The notes under the pieces: generated by a model | The model's input: only the letters and a program-made list of their open reading frames with translations | The model's database searches: none | Told to the model about the DNA's origin: nothing | Shown here: positions 41,847 through 49,892 of the stretch, in pieces | Numbering within the stretch: the first letter of the stretch is position 1 | How the letters are laid out: each line of letters begins with the position of its first letter | Position numbers and translations under genes: made by a program | Virus record (IMG/VR): IMGVR_UViG_3300046170_000148 | Location: 64,001-128,000 of that record | DNA length: 64,000 bases | Source of the DNA: a virus | Direction: 5' to 3' (one strand)

Positions 41847-42513
41847 CTGAGCCCTCAATTTGTATGTCTAATGTATCAGACTGCAACGTTGACTCTTGTT
41901 TGATATCAATGTCCCAGTAGTTTGTTGTTCCAACGCCATCGATTGTCATAGAGTGACCATCATATCCGTCACCATCATAATCGATTGTTACATTACTTCC
42001 TAAGAAGTCAATGCTGTTTGTTGCGTTGTTGATGTCAATATCAGCAGTTACGCTGTTATAGTCACCGTCAACAATCCAGTCAACATCTGCGCCCGTGGCT
42101 TGGTCGTTATTACCAACGCTCAAGTCCAGTGTGTTATTACCACCATCCAAATCGATTACTACATTACCGCTACCAGCACCATAGGTGTCAGTTCCGTCAA
42201 TGTCGATTGTGACTGTGTTGGTGTCGCCATCGATGTCTAAATCAACATCGGTGTTGTCACCTATAATATCACCAAGAACTTTGTTGGTATCACCAACGGT
42301 ATCGATACTCAGATTGATGTTATCACCATCAACCTTCATTTTGGTTGTGTCACTAGCGTTATTACTAACTCTGTTGCCACTACCATCTTGAGTAACGTCA
42401 ATATCTGCACCAGACCCTACTTGGTCGATGTAGACCGCATTATCAGCCCATGCGAGCGATGTCCCTGCGTTTACTAGGAACAACATCACAAATATTCTTT
42501 GCAAAGTGTTCAT
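41776..42513 (-). CDS. Secreted curlin-like beta-solenoid repeat protein
   Basis: Signal peptide; repeats such as NAVYIDQVGSG, IDVTQDGSGNRV, IDTVGDTNKV, LDIDGDTNTV, IDLDGGNNTL and IVDGDYNSV. Confidence 0.75.
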   Translation of the reverse strand: MNTLQRIFVMLFLVNAGTSLAWADNAVYIDQVGSGADIDVTQDGSGNRVSNNASDTTKMKVDGDNINLSIDTVGDTNKVLGDIIGDNTDVDLDIDGDTNTVTIDIDGTDTYGAGSGNVVIDLDGGNNTLDLSVGNNDQATGADVDWIVDGDYNSVTADIDINNATNSIDFLGSNVTIDYDGDGYDGHSMTIDGVGTTNYWDIDIKQESTLQSDTLDIQIEGSGDATTDNTLCIAQSDSGTATGCQ

Positions 42514-42514
42514 T

Positions 42515-43327
42515 TTACTCTCCTGTGAATGTCCAGAACTGTTTTCTGTTTCCAAGTTCTATCAGTTCTAAGACACCTGTTTCAATTGCACGTTGAGTGG
42601 CAATCGAAACGCTTTCGTTACGGGCAGTTCCAGACTCAATCTCAACGAGTCTAGTTCCCTGTTCTACATACCGAAATACATCTCCGCCAAATGCGACAGA
42701 TAGTATGGTCTTACTTGTTATGACATCAAGCAATACCTCACCAGTCGCAACACTTATCAACCTCATGTTGATTGTCACCGTGTCACGACTAAACTCTCGT
42801 GAAGAACCGATGCCAAGATATCTTGCGCCCGAGCCTCCACTTTCGGTAGAGTGGTCATATCCCACAATACCGCCTGCAATAATCATACCAGCGAATGTCA
42901 ACGCTGGTAGTTTCTTTGCGCCATCTCCGTCATAAGAACTTCGTGTCTGTCTTATGAGTTGTCTTTCTTTTGTCAACCAGTCCAATGCAGTCCTATCGAC
43001 TACCTTGAAGAACCTGCCATTAGACGCACGAGTCAAAGCACGAATCAGATATACATCTGGTGCTTGAGTGACTGCGGTGCTGAATGATGTCCCACCGCTT
43101 GCGTTCTGTCTTTTCTGCCCTGTTTGGTCGGTGAACGAATAAATCGCTACCGTTGGCTTTCTTATCGGAGGTTCAATGTTCTGTAATTGTTCTGTAAGAA
43201 GATTTGATTGAACTTTGACTGGTTCTGGTTTCGCTGGTATATCCCAACTCGTTCCACCTAGAGTGGTGCAACTAGAAACCAAAATCGCCGATAGGAATAA
43301 CAATGACAGTTTGGCTACCATCTTCAT
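42515..43327 (-). CDS. csgG: CsgG/HfaB-family curli secretion channel lipoprotein
   Basis: Lipobox LVSSC; VAIYSFTDQTGQ, FSTAVTQ, L.KERQLIR, GGIVGYD...SGG.GARYLGIG and TGEVL...SKTILS motifs. Confidence 0.92.
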   Translation of the reverse strand: MKMVAKLSLLFLSAILVSSCTTLGGTSWDIPAKPEPVKVQSNLLTEQLQNIEPPIRKPTVAIYSFTDQTGQKRQNASGGTSFSTAVTQAPDVYLIRALTRASNGRFFKVVDRTALDWLTKERQLIRQTRSSYDGDGAKKLPALTFAGMIIAGGIVGYDHSTESGGSGARYLGIGSSREFSRDTVTINMRLISVATGEVLLDVITSKTILSVAFGGDVFRYVEQGTRLVEIESGTARNESVSIATQRAIETGVLELIELGNRKQFWTFTGE

Positions 43328-43805
43328 CAGTTACCGTTAACTCCACTTTGTTTTCTACATCATCTTTCACATATGAGATACCCGCACCTTCAATTTCAAA
43401 TTCACCTTGATTGGTTGGGTTCTCACCGAACATCTCTTCGACGAGTTGTCTGGACAGTGTAGAGTAAATTCGACTTTCTACGTTTCGTATAAACTTAGCA
43501 AGTGTCGTATTCTTTGCGTCTCGTTCTAATTGTTTTTGTAAGTCTTCTAATTCTTGTTTTAATGCTTGTTTGCGTGATGTCTCTTGATTCTCAATCGTCA
43601 GATAGTGTGATGATTGATTGACACCATTGAATGATGGCGACTTGAAGTTGTGTTCGATTGGCGCGCCTATCGCATGACTTATAGCCAGACCCCAACAGAT
43701 ACCAACTGAAAACCACAATACTGGACTAAAGATTAACTCTGATTTAGTCTTTCCTGACTTGGCCAGCATCTCCCATGCAGTTTGTTCTCTACTCGTTCTC
43801 TTCAT
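43272..43805 (-). CDS. csgF: CsgF-like curli assembly protein
   Basis: Hydrophobic leader, then HNFKSPSFNG...H.LTIENQE, F...ESRIY..LSRQL, and a terminal beta hairpin; adjacent to csgG. Confidence 0.8.
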   Translation of the reverse strand: MKRTSREQTAWEMLAKSGKTKSELIFSPVLWFSVGICWGLAISHAIGAPIEHNFKSPSFNGVNQSSHYLTIENQETSRKQALKQELEDLQKQLERDAKNTTLAKFIRNVESRIYSTLSRQLVEEMFGENPTNQGEFEIEGAGISYVKDDVENKVELTVTDEDGSQTVIVIPIGDFGF

Positions 43806-44040
43806 CGTCCTGCCTCTTCATCTCGATTGCAGTGTCTAACTTCTGCTGCAATCGTATAATGTCATTGTCAAGCATACGAATACGGTCAATCAGACCGATA
43901 AGAGTTGTATGGGTTTCACCCAGATACGCCTCAACCTTCTCCGTAATGGTCTTCCATACGAAGTAAATCATATACAGCATACCAACTGCTGCAACGATAG
44001 GGAATCCGAAATCTTTAATTGCTGTTACTATATCCATCAA
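43789..44040 (-). CDS. Small membrane/coiled-coil protein (GFPI motif)
   Basis: FGFPIVAA TM helix followed by LIDRIRMLDNDIIRL. Confidence 0.7.
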   Translation of the reverse strand: MMDIVTAIKDFGFPIVAAVGMLYMIYFVWKTITEKVEAYLGETHTTLIGLIDRIRMLDNDIIRLQQKLDTAIEMKRQDDEENE

Positions 44041-44318
44041 TCACGTCTCGCATCGTTCTTACCATCTGCTCTGGATATGCGACCTAAGTCAGGCCGAATA
44101 CCCAGAACAACACACATGGTAGTGTCGATGCGAATCATATCGTGATTCATAGTTTTAACCCTATTGTCCAAAGCACTTACAATTCCGTGGATTGATTGAA
44201 CCTGACCGATTACACCTTCCATAATGTATCGTAGTGTCAGGAACATAAAGAACCCACCGATGAGTGCTGCGGCAATAGGAAATCCCAGTTCTGCAATCAA
44301 ACTGAATATTTCATTCAT
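44037..44318 (-). CDS. Small membrane/coiled-coil protein (GFPI motif), paralog of its neighbour
   Basis: LGFPIAAA TM helix followed by LDNRVKTMNHDMIRID. Confidence 0.7.
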   Translation of the reverse strand: MNEIFSLIAELGFPIAAALIGGFFMFLTLRYIMEGVIGQVQSIHGIVSALDNRVKTMNHDMIRIDTTMCVVLGIRPDLGRISRADGKNDARRD

Positions 44319-44347
44319 ATCGCACACTTACCTCTTTATCTCATTCC

Positions 44348-44355
44348 TATTTATA
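44348..44355 (-). promoter_or_regulatory. T4-type late promoter of the curli/cyclase operon
   Basis: Exact TATAAATA followed by a GAGGT SD. Confidence 0.75.
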
Positions 44356-44375
44356 AGGAAAAAGGTCTCTATGAA

Positions 44376-44407
44376 CAAAAAAATGAGACGCTAACCGTGG
44401 GCGTCTC
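44376..44407 (-). terminator. Intrinsic terminator
   Basis: GAGACGC-loop-GCGTCTC followed by ATTTTTTT. Confidence 0.7.
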
Positions 44408-44477
44408 GCGGGTCTATTGCGCGACCAACCGTTGGGGATTACTCCGACCAGAGCAGAGTTTTGAGACATCATCGGGT

Positions 44478-44936
44478 CTATTCGACTATGTGAAGTAGAA
44501 CTCTCTCCTCGTCGGTAAAGTTATACCCCGCATATAGTCTTTGAGATTGATAGGAGATACTTTCTCCAACAGCCCATTTCTTTATCTCACCGTCTTCAAA
44601 TACCATTCCTGTCTCACCATTCGGCACTATCAGAGGAATGTGATGAACAATCGAGTCCGAATAGTATTTGATATGTGTATTCGGTGGGACAAATGATTTT
44701 GGATATAGAACAATGAAATGAGCTGCTCGTATCCTATCATCTGAAATCAATTCTTGAGTTTCTGGTATTAGTTGACTGGCTTTCGAGTATCTTCCATATT
44801 TTAGAATTACTGTTCCCCAACCTTTACCAAAAGGATTCTGTTCTTTATGTGGTATTCTCCTCACATATTTCTTTACTGTTTGATAATCTCTTTCAAGAAT
44901 ATCAACATTAGATAGCAACTTTTCGACCAGACTCAT
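44478..44936 (-). CDS. Aspartyl/asparaginyl beta-hydroxylase-like protein (metal ligands look degenerate)
   Basis: L.PKS.V.P, HIPLIVP, W..GE and YN.TDEERVLL motifs, but the HxD and distal His are not evident. Confidence 0.6.
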   Translation of the reverse strand: MSLVEKLLSNVDILERDYQTVKKYVRRIPHKEQNPFGKGWGTVILKYGRYSKASQLIPETQELISDDRIRAAHFIVLYPKSFVPPNTHIKYYSDSIVHHIPLIVPNGETGMVFEDGEIKKWAVGESISYQSQRLYAGYNFTDEERVLLHIVE

Positions 44937-45936
44937 ATTCTTCTCTTCGAATATTGTCAACCAACGCTAAGAATTCAGAACCATCCATCACGTTACCATC
45001 CACTGTATATTCGTCTTTGTGACCCTTGCCTGGATATAGTTTGTCCATATACGAGATATTACGCCACAACTTACGCATGTTACCATCCATTATATCAGTT
45101 GGACGAGCGTGTAGAGTGATGTTCTGTTCCATATAAACAACCTGACCATCCTTCCAATCATGGGTGTAGATATATTCAGGACGATTGATTTTCTCCCACA
45201 GATAGTCCTTGAACTTCAGACTTTCTTCTTCGGTCATACCATCAAACTTATGGAAGAGTGTGCCAGGGAAGTGAATACCCTTTACACCAGACGGTGTTGA
45301 CTGTTGTAGTTTACACATCATACCATCAACAGGAACTTGATTGTATCTAACCATCTGTTTCTGTTCGTCAATCAGATTACCTGTAAAGTTTTCTCTGTTC
45401 CAACGATATACACTCTGGAGTTCATCAACCATCGTTCTGTCTTCGTGGTTCAGTTTGTTATATGCTTCTTTGGTGCATAGGAATGCGGTCTGTGACCCTT
45501 CGGTATGTTCAACCGACACTAGACCGATGATGCGGTCTCCGTCATTGAGAGCAACTTGGTCACTATGCCAGCCCAGTATACCATTTGCAAAAACGCCCTT
45601 CGGTCTACCCTTTTTGTTTCTTTGATAGGTAACAACCGACATAGTGTTTCGATAGTCTGGTTCAATCTCTGATGAACCGTTGAGAATATTCAATCGAAGA
45701 CTATTCCAATGAATACCCTTCATTGTCCCTACGGATGTTGCAAGATGAACAATTGAGTGTGCGGGATTACCCCACTGCATCTGAACATCATATGTTCGCT
45801 TCTGGTCTAGTTTCTGGTCTACCAGAACAACAGACTCATTCGCAACAAGTCTACCCAAATCTGCGATATGTTCGTCAGAATAGATATCAAAGTCATACGC
45901 TTCTACTGCGTTATTCTTTAGAGTTCTTACTTTCAT
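44908..45936 (-). CDS. TauD/TfdA-family 2OG-Fe(II) dioxygenase
   Basis: WHSD, GSQTAF, HDWKDG...N.ITLHAR and RKLWR motifs. Confidence 0.88.
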   Translation of the reverse strand: MKVRTLKNNAVEAYDFDIYSDEHIADLGRLVANESVVLVDQKLDQKRTYDVQMQWGNPAHSIVHLATSVGTMKGIHWNSLRLNILNGSSEIEPDYRNTMSVVTYQRNKKGRPKGVFANGILGWHSDQVALNDGDRIIGLVSVEHTEGSQTAFLCTKEAYNKLNHEDRTMVDELQSVYRWNRENFTGNLIDEQKQMVRYNQVPVDGMMCKLQQSTPSGVKGIHFPGTLFHKFDGMTEEESLKFKDYLWEKINRPEYIYTHDWKDGQVVYMEQNITLHARPTDIMDGNMRKLWRNISYMDKLYPGKGHKDEYTVDGNVMDGSEFLALVDNIRREEYESGRKVAI

Positions 45937-45957
45937 ACAACTATATATCCAATTTAT

Positions 45958-46035
45958 TGGTCGGGGTTGGAAGATTCGAACTTCCGACCTCTCGCTCCCA
46001 AAGCGAGCGCACTACCAGGGCTGTGCTAAACCCCG
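45958..46035 (-). tRNA. tRNA-Pro(TGG)
   Basis: CGGGGTT...CTCGC-TT-TGG-GA-GCGAG...GGAAG-TTCGAAT-CTTCC-AACCCCG-ACCA cloverleaf with encoded CCA. Confidence 0.95.
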
Positions 46036-46220
46036 TCGAAATATTTCTTAATAGTTTCAATCTTCTCATCAGCGGCTGCCATTTTCTCGACTTCTTTTTC
46101 GATAGTCTCGATAATATCGATGTGTTCCCCAATACCAACAGACTGGTTTAGATATACATCAACATTTGCTTTTGCCACGGCGATATCGCCTTCAAGTTTT
46201 TTAATCAGTGCTTCTAACAT
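46026..46220 (-). CDS. Small conserved phage protein
   Basis: AKANVDVYL..SVGIGEH.DI.E.I..E motif; AGGAG SD; the stop overlaps the tRNA 5' end. Confidence 0.7.
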   Translation of the reverse strand: MLEALIKKLEGDIAVAKANVDVYLNQSVGIGEHIDIIETIEKEVEKMAAADEKIETIKKYFDGV

Positions 46221-46240
46221 TTCATACTCCTAATAATTAG

Positions 46241-46580
46241 TGGGGACTTCTGTTGCTAGGCGTCCCCTGACCCCGAAAACTATGCGGCTAGCGCATAATC
46301 CTCATGTGCGTAATTATCGTTTGCACTTACGAGTTTGTTGCGCTCTTGCGGATGGGATTGCCCGTCCGTCTCACAGGTGGCTTCCGCACCTATTCTCCAC
46401 ATTCCTAATCAATACCTGTCGAACCTGTTTCGCCCCCGAAACTTTAGTGTGAGGGGTTTCTGCTCCTCTGCTACAACCCCTCACGGAACTCACAGATTGG
46501 GCCTCTCCTTGAGAGAGATTGGTGGAGGCGGTGGGTATCGCACCCACGTCCAGTATACCTTTTGGTTTGCTTCAACGAAT
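46241..46580 (-). ncRNA. ssrA: Circularly permuted two-piece tmRNA; tag (A)ANDNYAHEDYALAA
   Basis: Acceptor piece ends GTGGGTGCGATACCCACCGCCTCCACCA (46520); coding piece starts GGGGGCGAAACAGGTTCGAC (46437) giving the G3-U alanine pair; tag ORF 46280-46324. Confidence 0.92.
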
Positions 46581-46585
46581 ACCCT

Positions 46586-46593
46586 TATTTATA
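46586..46593 (-). promoter_or_regulatory. T4-type late promoter of the tmRNA
   Basis: Exact TATAAATA immediately upstream of the acceptor piece. Confidence 0.7.
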
Positions 46594-46741
46594 CTCCAAG
46601 AATATTTCCTGCTTTTCCAATATCAAGAGTGCCACCATTCCGCATGTGTTCCTCTACTTGTTCAAAGTAGAATGCAGCGTCTTCGTGACCATACTCCTGA
46701 AGAACGTCCTTACACGCCTTGAAGAATAACATTGTCTTCAT
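46589..46741 (-). CDS. Small hypothetical protein
   Basis: MKTMLFF...AAFYFEQVEEH; the start may lie further upstream (46789). Confidence 0.55.
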   Translation of the reverse strand: MKTMLFFKACKDVLQEYGHEDAAFYFEQVEEHMRNGGTLDIGKAGNILGV

Positions 46742-46788
46742 CAGATTACCGTCACCCATAGGTTTAGATTTTTTGCCAGACCGTTGCA

Positions 46789-47076
46789 TTAGATAACCTC
46801 GTCAACAACATTCATGACAGCAGCTTCTGAATGACCACCGATATTCCATGTGGTTACACTCTCAGGTGTTTGACCCTCTACCTTCCAGTCGTAGATAGTA
46901 GCAAGAGTTCCATCATTGAATTTGATTGTCCATTCTACTTGAATTTTACCATCAGTCTGTTCTGGTGTGAACCGAACAGGTTCTCCAAAGGTCTCTACAA
47001 GACGGTCATAGGAAGTGTCAATATGACCTTGAAGACAAGTTCCAATGACATCAAAATTTCCAGTTACATAATTCAT
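46789..47076 (-). CDS. Small conserved phage protein
   Basis: GT.LQG.I..SY..LV..FGEP...DGK...EW...ATIYDWK...WNIGG motif; AAGGA SD. Confidence 0.75.
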   Translation of the reverse strand: MNYVTGNFDVIGTCLQGHIDTSYDRLVETFGEPVRFTPEQTDGKIQVEWTIKFNDGTLATIYDWKVEGQTPESVTTWNIGGHSEAAVMNVVDEVI

Positions 47077-47209
47077 AAGCTTTCCTTTCTTATAACGCAT
47101 ATTGTTAATAACATGCCAATACAAATACATCATGGGAAACACGAACCTCTACACTCTAATTCGAGAACTTTAACGTAGACCAACCAACCTCAATTCCCAT
47201 CATGTTTAT

Positions 47210-47238
47210 ACTATAACACAAGAAAACTAAGATGTCAA
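47210..47238 (-). promoter_or_regulatory. sigma70-type early promoter TTGACA-17-TATAGT
   Basis: The -35 box contains the TGA stop of ORF 47235-47471. Confidence 0.75.
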
Positions 47239-47471
47239 GAACTTTTTTCCATTTCAAGCATCTTTTTTTCGATGTCGTTTAGAGGTTCTTTCTCATTCTG
47301 CATATCAACCGCAACCTTACGGGCTTCGACAAGACGTGTGACCCTGCGTTTCACAGACTTAGGAACTGCACCACCATTAGAGTATTTTTCACCCCACATA
47401 GCGAGTTCACCATCAATGTAGTTGACACCCTTGATTGCAGCGTCTGTTGTGCGTTGTAGTTTTCTATTCAT
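47235..47471 (-). CDS. Hypothetical protein
   Basis: 78-aa ORF in the operon. Confidence 0.55.
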   Translation of the reverse strand: MNRKLQRTTDAAIKGVNYIDGELAMWGEKYSNGGAVPKSVKRRVTRLVEARKVAVDMQNEKEPLNDIEKKMLEMEKSS

Positions 47472-47752
47472 TAGTCTCTTCCTTCTTTATCATGAACATG
47501 TAATTGAATGAGTGCGTAGTGCAACACTTTGAGAATGTCTTTGCGATTGTAACCATCTTTGTTACCATATCGTTGTGCATACTTCATAATATTACCAATA
47601 CAGAAACCATCACCATGACCACCGTCGATAATAAACTCAGTTGCTTGAAACTTATTCTTAGAATAGTGTTCATCATATGTTGCATCAACATATTCAGTCA
47701 ACTCTTCGAGAGACAAGTTTTCATCATATTTGTATTCAATCATTACTTCCAC
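47471..47752 (-). CDS. DUF3310-like small protein
   Basis: TY..HY, GFC.GNI.KYAQRYG.KDG and D..KV.HYA motifs. Confidence 0.75.
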   Translation of the reverse strand: MEVMIEYKYDENLSLEELTEYVDATYDEHYSKNKFQATEFIIDGGHGDGFCIGNIMKYAQRYGNKDGYNRKDILKVLHYALIQLHVHDKEGRD

Positions 47753-48339
47753 CTATAAAATATATGTTCACCAATCTGACCTACCATGTGCATACCCTTT
47801 GCAGTTGCCCAACGAGGACTTACATAGGTTGCATGGTAGTGTGTCGCACCTTCTGTTATACCACGAAACTCATCGTGTGTCAAGAACATTTTTGCGATAT
47901 ACTTAGATTTCTCCCACGCCTGGCCTGGCCGAGGGTCATCACTGCGTCCATCACAATACCACGAGAACTGACAACGATTGCGGCGTGGGTATTGTTTACC
48001 ATCACTACCTGTATATGTCTTTGCCTCGTAGACCACATCACAAACAGTATTCGGCCATCGAGGGTCGTTGACACGGTTCTGCGTCACATCTGCGACTGCA
48101 TACAACCCTGCGTCAAGTTCATTCCTTGCCTCATGATACAGGTTCAGTGCCATACATAACATGTCTTCTTCTGTGTAAGACAGTTCTTCAATAAGTAGTG
48201 TTTCGGGTGATTCTGATATGTGTTGGACAACAACTTCCTTGTCCTTCAACAACACCTCAACACCAAGATTAAAAACAGAGATGATGGATAACGCCAGTAA
48301 CAATACTAGGGCAATCCGTGTGATATTTTGATTTTCCAT
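47743..48339 (-). CDS. Cell wall hydrolase (SleB/Hydrolase_2) with an N-terminal TM
   Basis: CMALNLYHEAR, V..NRV, CQFSWYCDG, GATHYHA and IG.HIFY motifs. Confidence 0.9.
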   Translation of the reverse strand: MENQNITRIALVLLLALSIISVFNLGVEVLLKDKEVVVQHISESPETLLIEELSYTEEDMLCMALNLYHEARNELDAGLYAVADVTQNRVNDPRWPNTVCDVVYEAKTYTGSDGKQYPRRNRCQFSWYCDGRSDDPRPGQAWEKSKYIAKMFLTHDEFRGITEGATHYHATYVSPRWATAKGMHMVGQIGEHIFYRWK

Positions 48340-48345
48340 TCTAGT

Positions 48346-48374
48346 ATTATACCAAAAGACCTTAAATTTGTCAA
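48346..48374 (-). promoter_or_regulatory. sigma70-type promoter TTGACA-17-TATAAT with a leaderless start
   Basis: Perfect consensus; ATG 6 nt after the -10; the -35 contains the upstream TGA. Confidence 0.8.
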
Positions 48375-49033
48375 GCACTTTCTATCTCAAATATTAGGTC
48401 TTGTATCGCGTCATACGCTTGGTCATGTTTTTCTGTGAGGTCTCCATAGGGAAACTTAAACGCAAGAGTGAAACGGGGACATTCAGTCCACGCAGCGTGC
48501 CAACAGTGGTGTTCTTCTTCGTCTTTACGACCAAACCGATACCACCGAGCCTGCCATCCTTTGACATCTTCGTGTTTGACAAACTCATCATTCTTCTTAT
48601 CATAATAAGTAAAGTATCCATCACCACTCTCACTCCATGTGAGAATGAGTTGATATCCAAAAGCATTCCAGTTTGTATGCCAACCGACAAATCCTTTGGA
48701 TGGATAGTATGATGTCAGAGAGTTATTGTTTGCACCGAAGATACGAACCAGTTCATTCTTAGTCCATAGTTTGAGTGGTTCGAATATTTCGGGTCTTTCC
48801 TTTGCACCATGTGACACCTGAAACCCGTATCCCTCTTCAGGAAATCCAATGTGGTCTCGTTCCATAACTTCCCACAGATGGTCGGGTTTACAATACTGTT
48901 CACCCTCTCCGATTGGAGCAGGGCCAAGGTGCGAACTTAGTTCTACCATCGCATCGGTATGTGGTAGAAACTTATCAAGTGTGTCATCCAGAGTTTTGAG
49001 AAACTCTTTGTTACGGATTACAATCTCAGTCAT
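48371..49033 (-). CDS. Cupin/2OG-Fe-like hypothetical protein
   Basis: YYP..GFVGWHTN...CWHAA....RFT motif. Confidence 0.6.
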   Translation of the reverse strand: MTEIVIRNKEFLKTLDDTLDKFLPHTDAMVELSSHLGPAPIGEGEQYCKPDHLWEVMERDHIGFPEEGYGFQVSHGAKERPEIFEPLKLWTKNELVRIFGANNNSLTSYYPSKGFVGWHTNWNAFGYQLILTWSESGDGYFTYYDKKNDEFVKHEDVKGWQARWYRFGRKDEEEHHCWHAAWTECPRFTLAFKFPYGDLTEKHDQAYDAIQDLIFEIESA

Positions 49034-49679
49034 TCAATGCTTCTACGATGTCGGGAAAGTGAACACCGATAATCTCCCAACACTTGTCGGCAATCAGTGC
49101 GTGTTCCTTCTGCGTTCCGTTACCACGGCGAAGTTCACAATAGTGAACCCAACTACGCAATGTGCCTGACATATACAATGTCGATTGGGTTAGTCCTTCG
49201 GGTAACAAGGCACGAGCCTGTTCCTTCGCAATACCCTTTGCAAGTGCGTCTTGATATGCGAGGTCTGCCTGACCCTGCACCTTCTTCTGTTGCATCTGCC
49301 ACCACTCGTTCAGGTCACGGTCATCAGTCTCTACAGAGTTCTGACGGTTCTTCTCATCCTGTAGTCGTGCCTCACGAGTCTCAAACTCAGTCGCTACAGC
49401 ATACCGTTGAGAGAACTCTTGGAACGAGAATGAACGGTGACGCAAAATCTGACGTGCGATGTCGCGTGTCGTTTTGATTTCCATAGTCATATGCACCATC
49501 TCAAATGGTGACCAGTGTTGTTCTCGAATCAAGTAACGTAATAACTTAGGTGCGGTCTCAGTGTTATTCTGATTGGCAGGATTACTGACCCGTGCGGTAT
49601 ATGCAATCAGGTCAGCAGCAGTCTTACAATCTGTGATTGCAGACGGTTTACTCAATGCGATAAGATTAACTTCGCTCAT
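49026..49679 (-). CDS. thyX: Flavin-dependent thymidylate synthase
   Basis: RHRSFSFQEFSQRY signature; HWSPFE and KEQAR motifs. Confidence 0.96.
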   Translation of the reverse strand: MSEVNLIALSKPSAITDCKTAADLIAYTARVSNPANQNNTETAPKLLRYLIREQHWSPFEMVHMTMEIKTTRDIARQILRHRSFSFQEFSQRYAVATEFETREARLQDEKNRQNSVETDDRDLNEWWQMQQKKVQGQADLAYQDALAKGIAKEQARALLPEGLTQSTLYMSGTLRSWVHYCELRRGNGTQKEHALIADKCWEIIGVHFPDIVEALND

Positions 49680-49890
49680 TTCTTAGATACTCCGATGCTT
49701 CGTTGATATCATAGTCTGTGATATGTATATCGTGTTTACTACGCATATATTCCAGCGTTTGTTTCAATGCGATTGCAGAACCCTCCGCGAGTCCCTCGTC
49801 CAGTCCTCGTTGAAAACCACGAAAGAGACCGAACCAGAAAGAAAAGAATACTGTCGCAAGGACAATGATTGTGTGTAATAAGGCTTCCAC
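49666..49890 (-). CDS. Small membrane protein
   Basis: N-terminal TM followed by GxxxG repeats. Confidence 0.55.
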   Translation of the reverse strand: MEALLHTIIVLATVFFSFWFGLFRGFQRGLDEGLAEGSAIALKQTLEYMRSKHDIHITDYDINEASEYLRNERS

Positions 49891-49892
49891 GT

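Noticed and set aside
44455-44480. Hammerhead ribozyme (CCGATGA...AAAAC)
   Set aside because: The core deviates from CUGANGA/GAAA and the three stems could not be built
45941-46138. 65-aa minus-strand ORF over the tRNA
   Set aside because: It is a reading of the tRNA-Pro sequence and an alternative frame of the real small gene
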